From: Candidatus Kapaibacterium sp.
Lineage (GTDB): Bacteria > Bacteroidota > Ignavibacteria > Palsa-1295
Assembly: GCA_035686785.1 (NCBI GenBank)
Contig: DASRZC010000176.1
Location: 1-22,886 of the forward strand
Direction: 5' to 3'
DNA length: 22,886 nt
Part shown: positions 14,586 to 22,886 of the stretch, one piece after another
Layout: every line of letters starts with the position of its first letter
How positions within the stretch are numbered: position 1 is the first letter of the stretch
Notes under the pieces: generated by a model
Told to the model about the DNA's origin: nothing
Database searches by the model: none
The model's input: the letters and a program-made list of their open reading frames with translations, nothing else
Made by a program: the position numbers and the translations under genes

Positions 14586-14724
14586 GTCATTGTGAGGAGC
14601 ACGAATCGACCGAAGGGAGATTCGTGCGGTCCCGAGGAATCGAGGGAAGCAATCCGTTGATGTTACAATGGATAGCTTCGTCGGATTTTTCTCCCTTCGG
14701 TCGAAAAATCCTCTTCGTAATGAC
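14586..14724 (+). other. 139-nt nested-palindrome element (candidate structured RNA or MITE-like repeat)
   Basis: Outer stem 14586..14599 / 14711..14724: 14 bp, 3 of them G:T (wobble only on the + strand). Stem of 15 perfect bp: 14606..14620 / 14690..14704. A competing local hairpin, GCACGAATC 14599..14607 / GATTCGTGC 14619..14627. Inner hairpins at 14631..14645 (GGAA loop) and 14646..14655 / 14670..14679. Confidence 0.55.
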
Positions 14725-14787
14725 GTTGAGAATAGACGAAATCAGAAGTTCCTTAAGAATGCTTTTTTTTGAACACATACATCCCCA

Positions 14788-14806
14788 TTCTTAATTCGTA
14801 ATTAAA
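14788..14806. repeat. heptamer array TTCTTAA TTCGTAA TT, inverted partner of 14545..14565
   Basis: TTCTTAATTC (14788..14797) is the reverse complement of GAATTAAGAA (14552..14561). Same TTCNTAA family as 2581..2610 and 8781..8812. Confidence 0.6.
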
Positions 14807-14859
14807 GCTGGCTGATCGTAGGCGATCAACTCGGAAAGGAATTTGCATGTTACAAAATC

Positions 14860-16449
14860 ATGCGTATTCGTCGAATCTCGGCTGTGATAATTTTTGCGGC
14901 ATTGGCCGCATCTTCGGTGATGCCGGGTTGCGCGCCTTCGAAAAAGATTACGACTACGCCGAAACCAGCGCCGCAGCCGCTTCCTTCGCCCTCATCCCCG
15001 TATGTTCCTCCCACACCGCCGGAAGCGCCGGTACATATTCTCGTCGCGTATCCCATGCCGAACCAATGGCGGCCGTATGTCGATTCAAATTTTATTTTCG
15101 GCGCAGTGGGCAATCGTAACGCTTCGCTTACAATCAACGGTTATCCCGTTCCCGTCTGGGAAAATGGTGCGTTCCTCGCGTTTCTCCCCATGCCATTCGA
15201 TGGCGTGTATCATCTCGTCGCACGTCGAGGGAACGATGTCGATTCCTCAACAGTCGTTTACAGGCCGTTGGAAAAAGTTGGAACGGCCGAGCGCGCGGCA
15301 ATCGAGCATAAGACGTTCACTCCGCCCTTACTGGCGGAGATTTCAAAAGGCAGCGACACGCTCCAGACCGGCAACGATGTCGCGCCCGGCGCGCTCACGC
15401 CGGATGGGAACCGCGAATGGTTCTTCCCACGCGGAACACGGCTGAACATCATCGAGCAGGAAGGAAAATATTATAAAGTCGAGCTGGATAAAGAGACCTT
15501 CGCATGGGTCGCCGATACGAATTTTGATATTCACGCGGATTTGAAATCTTCCGAACATAATCCGCGAGGCAAGGCGGAAGCGAGTCCCGGTTATGTCGAT
15601 CTGATTTTGCCAACGGACTTCAATCCATTCCAAATTACGCCAAATGGAACGGAGCTTCGAATCCATATCTATGGCAAGTCGCGGCCATCGCTTTTAAATA
15701 CGCAGACCAGCGATCCGCTCATCCACTCCATTGGCTATGACTCGACAGGTCTTGGAACCGATTTTACGGTCGAGCTTACCAAGCCGGTGTGGGGATACAA
15801 AGCTTTTTACACAGATAATGGCGCGCTCGATGTTCGGATTCGGCGACCACCCCATGTCGATCCGAATAATCCGCTGCGCGGAATTACGATCATGCTCGAT
15901 CCGGGCCACCCGCCGGGCGGCGCCATCGGGCCGACGGGCCTCACGGAGCGCGAAGCGAATCTCGCCGAAGCCACTCGCGTGCGAGATCAGCTAACGGCCA
16001 AAGGCGCGATTGTATTGATGACCCATTCGGATTTGCATGGCATCGTCAGCGATTACGATCAGGTCGAGGAGTTGGATGCGCGCTCGGCACTTGCGGTTCA
16101 CGATAACGTCGATCTCATGGTGAGCCTGCACAACAATGCGTTCCCCGATGGAACGGACCCCTTCCTGAATTATGGCACTTCGACTTATTACTTCCATCCC
16201 TTCTCAGCGCCGCTGGCGGCGGAACTCGACCGTGCCATTTCGGAAGTCACCGGAATTCCGAATTTGGGATCGTTCCAAAAAAGCCTCGCTATTTGCCGGC
16301 CAACATGGATGCCGTGCGCTCTCACGGAGTCGCTTTACATGATGTTCCCCGACCAGGAAGCGAAGCTGCGCGATCCGAAATTCCTCGATACCCTCGCGGC
16401 CGCGCATGTTCGAGGCATCGAGAATTTCCTGCGGGAGCAAGCGCAATGA
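14860..16449 (+). CDS. N-acetylmuramoyl-L-alanine amidase (Amidase_3 type), lipoprotein with an N-terminal accessory domain
   Basis: 529 aa. Signal plus lipobox (AASSVMPGC). C-terminal ITIMLDPGHPPGG...TEREANL...DLMVSLHNNAF...GTSTYYF is the Amidase_3 pattern. The mid-region GTRLNIIEQEGKYYKVELDKETFAWV is SH3b-like. Confidence 0.85.
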   Translation: MRIRRISAVIIFAALAASSVMPGCAPSKKITTTPKPAPQPLPSPSSPYVPPTPPEAPVHILVAYPMPNQWRPYVDSNFIFGAVGNRNASLTINGYPVPVWENGAFLAFLPMPFDGVYHLVARRGNDVDSSTVVYRPLEKVGTAERAAIEHKTFTPPLLAEISKGSDTLQTGNDVAPGALTPDGNREWFFPRGTRLNIIEQEGKYYKVELDKETFAWVADTNFDIHADLKSSEHNPRGKAEASPGYVDLILPTDFNPFQITPNGTELRIHIYGKSRPSLLNTQTSDPLIHSIGYDSTGLGTDFTVELTKPVWGYKAFYTDNGALDVRIRRPPHVDPNNPLRGITIMLDPGHPPGGAIGPTGLTEREANLAEATRVRDQLTAKGAIVLMTHSDLHGIVSDYDQVEELDARSALAVHDNVDLMVSLHNNAFPDGTDPFLNYGTSTYYFHPFSAPLAAELDRAISEVTGIPNLGSFQKSLAICRPTWMPCALTESLYMMFPDQEAKLRDPKFLDTLAAAHVRGIENFLREQAQ

Positions 16450-16509
16450 CTCCGGCACCTTTATTGCTACCATTGTACCGTTACCAGTATTTTCACAATT
16501 TTTTCCATT

Positions 16510-17571
16510 ATGCTTCGAAACTACCGTATTTATCTGCTTGGCGCTATTGCCATGCTTGCCTCCAGTTGCCATTCTTCCACGACGCCACCCCCGGTCGTCG
16601 CGCCATCGACTTTTCTCGTAACGCCGCTCACAGCAGATAAAGCAAACGCGAGTAGTTACGGCACCGTCGCCACCGGGAATATCGATACGAACTTGCAGGA
16701 TTCGTGGGGATTGGCGTTCAATACAAAATTTGGCGTTCCTTGGGTTGCCAATCGTGCGAGCGCCACTTTGACGATTTATGATACCACCGGCGCTCGCAAA
16801 ACGCAGGTTTATCATGTCACGGACCAGAACAGTATGAAGGGCAGCCCCACCGGACTTGTGTTCGATTCAACGTCCTCTTTTTTTATCCCGGCTGCGGGGA
16901 TTGGAGCTAACTGGATCGTAGCCGAATTAAATGGAACGATTGCAGCAGTAGATGGTGGCGATACGACGTACCTTCTTGTGGATCGGCATTCGAGTTCAAG
17001 CTTCACGGGGCTAGCATTCGCGAAGGCTGGGGGAACACCGTATCTTTATGCGACCGATGTACAGTATAGTTCATTGGATCGGTTCGGCACAAGTTACGGC
17101 GCACCCACTACCTTCACAAATCCGCATTACAACGCCGGGTTCGCGCCATTTAACGTGGTTGTGATCGATACACAAATGTTTGTAACCTATGCCAAAGCGA
17201 ACACTACTTCTCCATATTTTGAGATTGGCTCATATTTAGGGGGTTATGTCGATATCTACTCTCTTGATGGCTCGAATCCGAGAACACTGATCTCCAACGA
17301 CTCCCTCGACCAGCCATGGGGTGTGGCGATTGCGCCTCCCAATTTCGGAACGTATAGTGGCGATCTCCTCGTCGGAAATTTTGGAGACGGACATATCCAT
17401 GCTTATAATCGTTCCACCGGCGCATTGGTCGGAACTCTGAATGATGCCAGTGGTGCTCCAATCGTCATAAATGGCCTTTGGGCGCTCGTCGTCTATAACG
17501 GGACGCTCTATTACACCGCCGGCCCGAATGCTGGGGCCGACGGCGTATTCGGGACGATCTCGGTGAGGTAA
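16510..17571 (+). CDS. TIGR03118-like beta-propeller lipoprotein, paralog 2
   Basis: 353 aa. Signal plus lipobox (AMLASSC). LDQPWGVAIAPPNFGTYSGDLLVGNFGDGHIHAYN and INGLWALV are alignable with the 11706..12773 protein. Confidence 0.7.
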   Translation: MLRNYRIYLLGAIAMLASSCHSSTTPPPVVAPSTFLVTPLTADKANASSYGTVATGNIDTNLQDSWGLAFNTKFGVPWVANRASATLTIYDTTGARKTQVYHVTDQNSMKGSPTGLVFDSTSSFFIPAAGIGANWIVAELNGTIAAVDGGDTTYLLVDRHSSSSFTGLAFAKAGGTPYLYATDVQYSSLDRFGTSYGAPTTFTNPHYNAGFAPFNVVVIDTQMFVTYAKANTTSPYFEIGSYLGGYVDIYSLDGSNPRTLISNDSLDQPWGVAIAPPNFGTYSGDLLVGNFGDGHIHAYNRSTGALVGTLNDASGAPIVINGLWALVVYNGTLYYTAGPNAGADGVFGTISVR

Positions 17572-17577
17572 GAGGCT

Positions 17578-19173
17578 TCATGCTTTGAATTCCCCGAAGA
17601 CGCCCCGCAGCGTGTCCGAAATCTCTCCTAATGTAGCGAAGGATTCGACCGCGTGAATAATATGTGGCATCAGGTTTTCACCCCCGCGCGCGGCACGCTC
17701 GATTTTTTCGAGTGAGGCATTTGCCCGCAAGGAATCGCGCCGGGCGCGCAAATCCCGAACGCGGGCGATCTGATCTTTTTCGAGTTCCGGATCGAGCCGG
17801 AGTGTTTCCGGCGTTTGTAATTCTTCCGTTACGAATTCGTTGACGCCAACGACGATCTCTTCTTTCTGCTCGACTTTTTTCTGAAATTCATACGCGCTCC
17901 GTGCGATGCGTTCCTGATAAAATCCCGCCTCGATCGCGCGCACCGCGCCGCCGAGCGCGTCTATTTCCGCTATGAGTTCTTTCGCTCGTCGAATGAGTTC
18001 CGATGTAAGATATTCTATGAAATAACTTCCCGCCATCGGATCGACGGTCTCCGCCATGCCAGATTCATACGCAAGAATTTGCTGCGTTCGTAGAGCGGTT
18101 CGCGCGGCATCTTCGGTCGGCAGAGCAAGTGCTTCGTCCTTGCCATTGGTATGGAGCGACTGCGTTCCGCCAAGTATTGCCGCCATCGCTTCGACCGTCG
18201 TTCGGACGATATTGTTCTCGATCTGCTGCGCGGTGAGCGTCGAGCCTGCAGTTTGTGAATGAAACCGGAGTTTCATCGATTCCACATTCCTCGCATGAAA
18301 CCGATCCCGCATAATTTCCGCCCAGAGCGTTCGCGCGGCGCGGAATTTCGCAATCTCCTCGAAAAAATTCGAGTGCGAATTGAAAAAGAAGGAGAGCCGT
18401 GGCGCGAACCGATCAATATTGAGGCCCGCATCGAGCGCGGCCTGAACATAGGCGATACCGTTCGAAAGCGTGAGCGCCATTTCTTCGAGGGCCGTCGCGC
18501 CGGCTTCGCGAATGTGATAGCCGGAGATGGAAATCGTATTCCACGCTGGCAATTCCTCGGCACACCAGCGAAATATATCGGTCACGATGCGCATGGAGGG
18601 CGCGGGCGGATAAATATAGGTTCCACGCGCGGCATATTCTTTTAAAATATCATTCTGGACCGTTCCCGAAAGCTTCTTCAAATCCGCGCCCTGTTTTTTT
18701 GCTTTCGCGACGTAGAGCGCAAGAAGAATCGCGGCAGTCGCATTGATTGTCATCGAAGTAGAAATGCCGGACATCTCGATGCCATCGAAGAGCACATCGA
18801 AATCTTCGATGGAGTCGATGGCAACGCCGACGCGCCCGACTTCGCCGGAAGCCATCGTGTGATCGGAGTCATAGCCGATCTGCGTCGGCAAATCGAAGGC
18901 GATGGAAAGCCCCGTCGAGCCGGAAGCGAGAAGATATTTATACCGCTCGTTCGACTCGCGTGCGCTGCCGAATCCGGCGTATTGCCGCATCGTCCATAGC
19001 CGGGCGCGGTACATTTCGGGATAAATCCCCCGAGTAAAAGGAAACTGGCCTGGCTCGGCTATCTCCCCTTCCTTAAGAAGGAGGGGGCTGGGGGGTGGTT
19101 GATCTGGAGTGGGGTAAACACGAGCTACCGGTATCCCCGAACTCGTCTCGAATTTCTCTTTGCGTAATGCCAT
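17578..19173 (-). CDS. methylmalonyl-CoA mutase family, large catalytic subunit only (no fused B12-binding domain)
   Basis: Track ORF 17578..19299. ATG 19173 gives [21 protein letters not shown]... (531 aa). [62 protein letters not shown] is the canonical mutase core. It ends ...[19 protein letters not shown], before any B12 domain. Confidence 0.9.
   Translation of the reverse strand: MALRKEKFETSSGIPVARVYPTPDQPPPSPLLLKEGEIAEPGQFPFTRGIYPEMYRARLWTMRQYAGFGSARESNERYKYLLASGSTGLSIAFDLPTQIGYDSDHTMASGEVGRVGVAIDSIEDFDVLFDGIEMSGISTSMTINATAAILLALYVAKAKKQGADLKKLSGTVQNDILKEYAARGTYIYPPAPSMRIVTDIFRWCAEELPAWNTISISGYHIREAGATALEEMALTLSNGIAYVQAALDAGLNIDRFAPRLSFFFNSHSNFFEEIAKFRAARTLWAEIMRDRFHARNVESMKLRFHSQTAGSTLTAQQIENNIVRTTVEAMAAILGGTQSLHTNGKDEALALPTEDAARTALRTQQILAYESGMAETVDPMAGSYFIEYLTSELIRRAKELIAEIDALGGAVRAIEAGFYQERIARSAYEFQKKVEQKEEIVVGVNEFVTEELQTPETLRLDPELEKDQIARVRDLRARRDSLRANASLEKIERAARGGENLMPHIIHAVESFATLGEISDTLRGVFGEFKA
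19063..19100. repeat. C-rich hairpin repeat, copy B, embedded in-frame in the mutase CDS
   Basis: The minus strand reads AACCACCCCCCAGCCCCCTCCTTCTTAAGGAAGGGGAG and encodes (Q)[12 protein letters not shown]. Block-wise it matches copy A at 1330..1364. It forms a 10-bp stem with one mismatch or wobble. Confidence 0.75.
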
Positions 19174-19255
19174 ACTACAAAAATACGGGGAGAACTGTCG
19201 CTCCCCTTCCAAGATGGAATGTTTTAGGCACGGCTTTGGCACTATGGATGAGGTT

Positions 19256-20383
19256 ATGAAGCACCCCGCAATCCGGCTTTCCATTATGGCGATTATCACC
19301 GCCGGGTCGCTCTATCTTGCATTTCGTGGGGTGAATTTCAACAGTCTGCTCGCCGAACTGGAAAAAACGAATATCGCGCTCATTCTCGCTGGCGTTGCGC
19401 TGCTGTTTTGCTCGCATCTCTGCCGGGCCTGGCGATGGACGGTCATTTGCCGGCCCATGAAAGTTGGCACAAGCGTCCTCACGGGATTCCGAGCAATCCT
19501 CGCCGCTTACGCAATGAATAACGTGATTCCACGCTCCGGCGAACTCGTGCGCCCCTATATTTTCGCGAAGCATGAAAAAGTCTTTATGAGCGGCACGATC
19601 GCAACGATTTTAATCGAGCGCGTTGCCGATCTCGTGGCCAACATCCTCGTCATCATGTTGGCGCTCGTGATTTTTCCGCGCGAGATCGCGAATGGGTTCC
19701 CAACCATTTCCGGCTCGCTCGGCTGGATCGTCATGGCACTCATCGTCATTCTCGCCCTCGTTATCATCATGATTTTTAGCGCCGGTAAAACAGAGCGCGG
19801 GCTCCACCGGCTGGCGGCCAAATGGCCGGAGAAAATCAAAAAGCCCGTCTATCGCGCAGCATCCGAATTCGCGAGCGGCCTGCGCGGCGTTCGCGCGAGC
19901 GGCGCGCTGCCCGTCGTCATTGGAACGATTGGCATCTGGATTTTTTACGTGCTCAGTATGTATGCGTGGCTCTTCGCGTTTCCGGATCGCTCGCTCGCGA
20001 TGGTGGGAATTATTGGCGCGTTCTTCCTGCGTGTCGTTTCCGGTATTGCGTTCCTCGTTCCCACTCCCGGCGGAGTGGGATCGTATCATTATTTTATCAG
20101 CCAGGCGCTCTTTCGTATTTTCAACGTGCCGCTGGCCTCCGCGATTGCGTATGCGACCGTAACGCATGCGGCCTTCGATCTTCTCACCACCATCCTGGGT
20201 CTTACCTTCGTGGCCAGCGAAGGCATCACCTTCAAGAACTTCGGTGAAGTCCTTCGCGCCTCCGAAGACCGCTCGCCGGAAGAACTGGCCAAAGCGCTCG
20301 GGGAAAGCCCTGAGGCCTTAGTGCTAAGTACCGTGCCAGATTCCTCCACCGAAAGCATAGAGCACCTGGCAGAAAAAACTTAG
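19256..20383 (+). CDS. flippase-like / LPG_synthase_TM (UPF0104) family membrane protein, paralog 1
   Basis: Track ORF 19160..20383. ATG 19256 ([25 protein letters not shown]) aligns with the paralog's N-terminus. It is multi-TM, and HLCRAWRW...[13 protein letters not shown]...[10 protein letters not shown] is typical of the family. Confidence 0.7.
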   Translation: MKHPAIRLSIMAIITAGSLYLAFRGVNFNSLLAELEKTNIALILAGVALLFCSHLCRAWRWTVICRPMKVGTSVLTGFRAILAAYAMNNVIPRSGELVRPYIFAKHEKVFMSGTIATILIERVADLVANILVIMLALVIFPREIANGFPTISGSLGWIVMALIVILALVIIMIFSAGKTERGLHRLAAKWPEKIKKPVYRAASEFASGLRGVRASGALPVVIGTIGIWIFYVLSMYAWLFAFPDRSLAMVGIIGAFFLRVVSGIAFLVPTPGGVGSYHYFISQALFRIFNVPLASAIAYATVTHAAFDLLTTILGLTFVASEGITFKNFGEVLRASEDRSPEELAKALGESPEALVLSTVPDSSTESIEHLAEKT

Positions 20384-20401
20384 CACCTAGCACTTCGAAT
20401 C

Positions 20402-21463
20402 ATGCTGAAGCACCCAGCCTTTCGTTATGCGCTCGCCATTCTCATTGGCGGCGGCGCGCTGTATCTTGCCTTCCACCGGCAGCACTTGCACCGGCTCGCG
20501 GAAGATCTCGAAGGCGCGAATCTGTTCGTCATTGTCGCCGGAACGCTCGTGATGTTTTTGTCGCATCTCGTCCGGGCCTGGCGATATAAAATGTTCCTGC
20601 GACCCATCGCGCCGCATACGCGATTGTCCTCCGCGTTTCGCGCACTCATCGCGGGATATGCGACGAATAATTTCCTTCCGCGCGGTGGCGATATTGTGCG
20701 CCCCGTTCTCTTCTCGAAGCGCGAAAACATTCCGATCAGTTCTTCGGTCGCCGTGATGCTCATCGAACGGCTGGCGGATTTCATTGGCCTCACCGCGCTG
20801 CTCGGCATCACGATCTTCGCTTTTCGCGCTAAACTTTCGGTGGAATTTCCTGCCATCGAACTATTCTGGCTGCCTATCGCCGCGCTGCTTGGCCTCCTTT
20901 GCATCTTCGCCGTGCTCATTCTGTTTAGCGAAAAAAAGACGCGCCGCGTTATTGAATTCCTCGCCCGGGCACTCCCGAAGCGATTCCGCGGCGCAATCGA
21001 ACGCGGCGCCGCGCGCACCGAGGAGGGACTGCGCGGCGTTCGCACCGGATCGGCCGTGCCGGCTATCGTTGGAACCTTCGGAATTTCGGCACTCTACACC
21101 GCTTCGATGTTCGTTTCGACGCTCGCTTTTCGCGGTACGGGTCTCATGCACGTCGGAATCGTCGGCTGTTTTCTGCTCCAGTCCATGTCGGGCATCGCGT
21201 TTATCCTTCCGTCGCCCGGCGGGACAGGAACCTATCATTTCCTCATCAGCCAGGCGCTGGCGGTAATGTTCGGCGTTCCCCCGGCCCTCGCCATCGCATT
21301 CGCCACGCTCACCCACGCCTCGAATTATCTGCTCACGACCGTCGTAGGAATTCTTTTTATGATGGCGGATGGGATCTCGCTTACAAGTGTAAGAAAAGTA
21401 AAAGTACCGGTGGCCGCGCAGACTAACGACGCGCCAGAAATAATTCGCACAACAGCGCGCTAA
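20402..21463 (+). CDS. flippase-like / LPG_synthase_TM (UPF0104) family membrane protein, paralog 2
   Basis: 353 aa. MLKHPAFRYALAILIGGGALYLAFHR..., HLVRAWRY...NNFLPRGGDIVRP...PSPGGTGTYH is colinear with paralog 1. An 18-nt spacer separates them. Confidence 0.7.
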   Translation: MLKHPAFRYALAILIGGGALYLAFHRQHLHRLAEDLEGANLFVIVAGTLVMFLSHLVRAWRYKMFLRPIAPHTRLSSAFRALIAGYATNNFLPRGGDIVRPVLFSKRENIPISSSVAVMLIERLADFIGLTALLGITIFAFRAKLSVEFPAIELFWLPIAALLGLLCIFAVLILFSEKKTRRVIEFLARALPKRFRGAIERGAARTEEGLRGVRTGSAVPAIVGTFGISALYTASMFVSTLAFRGTGLMHVGIVGCFLLQSMSGIAFILPSPGGTGTYHFLISQALAVMFGVPPALAIAFATLTHASNYLLTTVVGILFMMADGISLTSVRKVKVPVAAQTNDAPEIIRTTAR

Positions 21464-21504
21464 AAAACGATCGCTACGCGATGTAAAAAAAGATCCACTA
21501 TGGC

Positions 21505-22605
21505 CTAATGACTCGCTGCTGAAGGTTCGGGAGTAGCTGCGGGTAGTCCTTTATCGAAAATCGCTTTTTGCTTGTTTAGCTCGTCCAGGAGTTTCTTATC
21601 CTTGATCGGATCGATCATCGCGATCGCACTGGCTTCGGTCTGCGATGCTTCGGAAGCTTTCCCCTGCTTGAAGAGAATATCGGCGCGCGTATCGATCGCG
21701 CTCGCTTTTTCCTCGGGCGAGGAGGCCAGAGCCTCCGCGCGTTTGGAATATTCCATCGCGCGGTCGAGCACGGCGGAGTGCTGTGCCGCGGCCCAGGCGA
21801 AGAAATTGAACGAGGCACCATCTTCGGGGTGGGACATCGCCCACCGGTCGATGCGGCGCGCGGCGTTCTCCGGCTGCTGGGAATTGAAATCGTTCCGAAT
21901 GAGCAGCATGTTCGCCTGGTTGGCATCGACCTCGTTCGGAAAAACGCGGAGCGCGCTATCGAGAATGCGTTCCTGCTCGTCCCCGGAAGAAAGAAAACCG
22001 ACGGCATACAGCGCCTCGGCATTATTACCACCTTTGTTTTGTGGATCGAGGGCCAGCACTCTTTTAAATGCCGCCACGGATTTTGCAGTCTCGTTATGTT
22101 CGGCGTAGTAATTTCCGGCCGTGAACCATTTCTTCGGATCGGCCGTCGAGGTTGCGCTTTCCACTTCGTTGATAACCGCTTTCGATCCGCCGGAAGCCGC
22201 TAACTCGAGCGATTGCGCGAAGCGCACCGCGTCCTCATAGCCGACCACGCGATCGATTTCCTTGCCGCCCTCGTCGAAAAAGATGATCGTCGGATACCCG
22301 TTGATGCCATATTTTTTCGCAAGCTCGATGCCCTCGCCTTTTTCCGCATCGATCTTCACCGGAATAAACTTCGCATCCGTAATCTTCGTGACGTTCGCAT
22401 CGGTGTAGGTATTTTTGTCCAGCACTTTGCACCATCCGCACCAGGTCGTATAAAAATCGACCATGATCACCTTATGCTCTTTCGCGGCGGCCTGCTTCGC
22501 TTCCTCGAACGAAACGTTTCGAAAATGGACTTCCGCGCTCGCCAGGTTCGTTATCATACCAAGCGCCAGTGTGATGACTGCTATCTTAATTTTCATACGT
22601 GCCAT
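21505..22605 (-). CDS. secreted thioredoxin-fold protein (CGWC active site) with a helical-repeat C-terminal domain
   Basis: Track ORF 21505..22638. ATG 22605 (MARMKIKIAVITLALGMITNLASA signal) avoids overlap with the upstream gene. VIMVDFYTTWCGWCKVLD...INGYPTIIFF is a thioredoxin fold. The C-terminal half looks TPR-like. Confidence 0.75.
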   Translation of the reverse strand: MARMKIKIAVITLALGMITNLASAEVHFRNVSFEEAKQAAAKEHKVIMVDFYTTWCGWCKVLDKNTYTDANVTKITDAKFIPVKIDAEKGEGIELAKKYGINGYPTIIFFDEGGKEIDRVVGYEDAVRFAQSLELAASGGSKAVINEVESATSTADPKKWFTAGNYYAEHNETAKSVAAFKRVLALDPQNKGGNNAEALYAVGFLSSGDEQERILDSALRVFPNEVDANQANMLLIRNDFNSQQPENAARRIDRWAMSHPEDGASFNFFAWAAAQHSAVLDRAMEYSKRAEALASSPEEKASAIDTRADILFKQGKASEASQTEASAIAMIDPIKDKKLLDELNKQKAIFDKGLPAATPEPSAASH

Positions 22606-22625
22606 AAAAAATTTCTCTAAACAAT

Positions 22626-22886
22626 TTATTTCTCCCAATGAAATTTGACCGTCTCGGTGCGTGGACCGTCGGACAGCCTTGCAAAGTAATCGCCGGAGGC
22701 CAGCGCGCCGGCCGGGATCACCGAAAGCGCGCTGCCGTGGTTCAACGAGAGTTCGCTCATGCTTCGCCCCAGCACATCCACGATTTCAAGTCCCGCGCCA
22801 TTCGTAACGATAGGGGCATAGGTTAGTTTCAGCGCGCCCGGTTCCATGAAAACGCGAAGCGGCTCTTCGATTGCGCCATTCTCGGC
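22626..22886 (-). CDS. C-terminal end of a secreted protein with a T9SS type A sorting domain (5' part outside window)
   Basis: The frame is open to the window edge. ...LKLTYAPIVTNGAGLEIVDVLGRSMSELSLNHGSALSVIPAGALASGDYFARLSDGPRTETVKFHWEK has the length and pattern of a Por/T9SS C-terminal domain. Confidence 0.55.
   Translation of the reverse strand, partial: AENGAIEEPLRVFMEPGALKLTYAPIVTNGAGLEIVDVLGRSMSELSLNHGSALSVIPAGALASGDYFARLSDGPRTETVKFHWEK

Noticed and set aside
14628-14655. Resemblance to the SRP RNA helix-8 core (GGTCC...GGAA loop...GGAAGCA)
   Set aside because: The match is only partial. The flanks do not fold into the single long hairpin expected for 4.5S-type SRP RNA, because the 5' flank forms its own local hairpin. 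I cannot confirm this without a covariance model.
14587-14778. 63-aa minus-strand ORF (MCSKKSILKELL...SDEAIHCNINGLL...)
   Set aside because: It is a read-through of the nested palindromic element and the A/T-rich spacer. Peptides of this kind are typical artefacts of translating repeats.
16204-16815. 203-aa minus-strand ORF bridging the amidase 3' end and the TIGR03118 paralog 2 5' end
   Set aside because: It overlaps two well-supported plus-strand genes and their spacer, and I recognise no features in it.
19174-19299. 42-aa N-terminal extension of the mutase ORF
   Set aside because: It has no similarity to mutase N-termini and would overlap the divergent gene's upstream region. [14 protein letters not shown] at 19173 matches the family start.
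19555-21316. Several 90-206-aa ORFs on both strands inside the flippase-like genes
   Set aside because: These are off-frame or antisense to multi-TM proteins that have a clear paralog relationship. Their Arg-rich composition is typical of spurious frames.
21468-21500. Small hairpin ATCGC-TAC-GCGAT flanked by A-runs, between the convergent flippase-like and thioredoxin-like genes
   Set aside because: The stem is only 5 bp. It would give a U-tract only for the minus-strand transcript, which is too weak to call a terminator.

Overview
This window looks like chromosomal DNA from an FCB-superphylum bacterium (Bacteroidota/Ignavibacteriota/Chlorobi-like). The evidence for that is a T9SS-type C-terminal sorting domain at the right edge, many lipoproteins and patchy Shine-Dalgarno use. 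Hand counts put housekeeping genes at about 55-65% GC.

The core is the infA-rpmJ-rpsM-rpsK-rpsD-rpoA-rplQ block (1113..4998, + strand). It has a toxin-antitoxin-like pair on each side: DUF433/DUF5615 upstream, and an antitoxin plus a frameshifted ParE/RelE toxin downstream.

A minus-strand gene string follows:
- tsaB, then an AT-rich three-gene insert (3-TM protein, DUF2442, DUF4160), then gcdH.
- A lipoprotein, an anti-sigma-like protein and an ECF sigma factor.

The rest is mostly envelope-related:
- two TIGR03118-like lipoprotein paralogs;
- an M48 peptidase;
- truA;
- an Amidase_3 lipoprotein;
- the catalytic subunit of a split acyl-CoA mutase;
- two tandem flippase-like (LPG_synthase_TM family) membrane proteins;
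- a thioredoxin-fold protein.

I saw no rRNA, tRNA, CRISPR array, transposase or integrase.

The most unusual content is non-genic or at gene edges:
1. Three short-repeat families populate the spacers: GTAG-led REP/REPIN-like hairpin doublets, TTCNTAA heptamer arrays, and a C-rich hairpin.
2. One copy of the C-rich hairpin element sits in-frame inside the mutase gene.
3. A 139-nt nested-palindrome element lies upstream of the amidase gene.
4. A 16-bp tandem duplication breaks the ParE toxin.
5. The truA catalytic motif lies upstream of the first canonical start codon.

The best candidate for an undescribed system is the AT-rich DUF4160/DUF2442/membrane-protein insert at 6421..7562.
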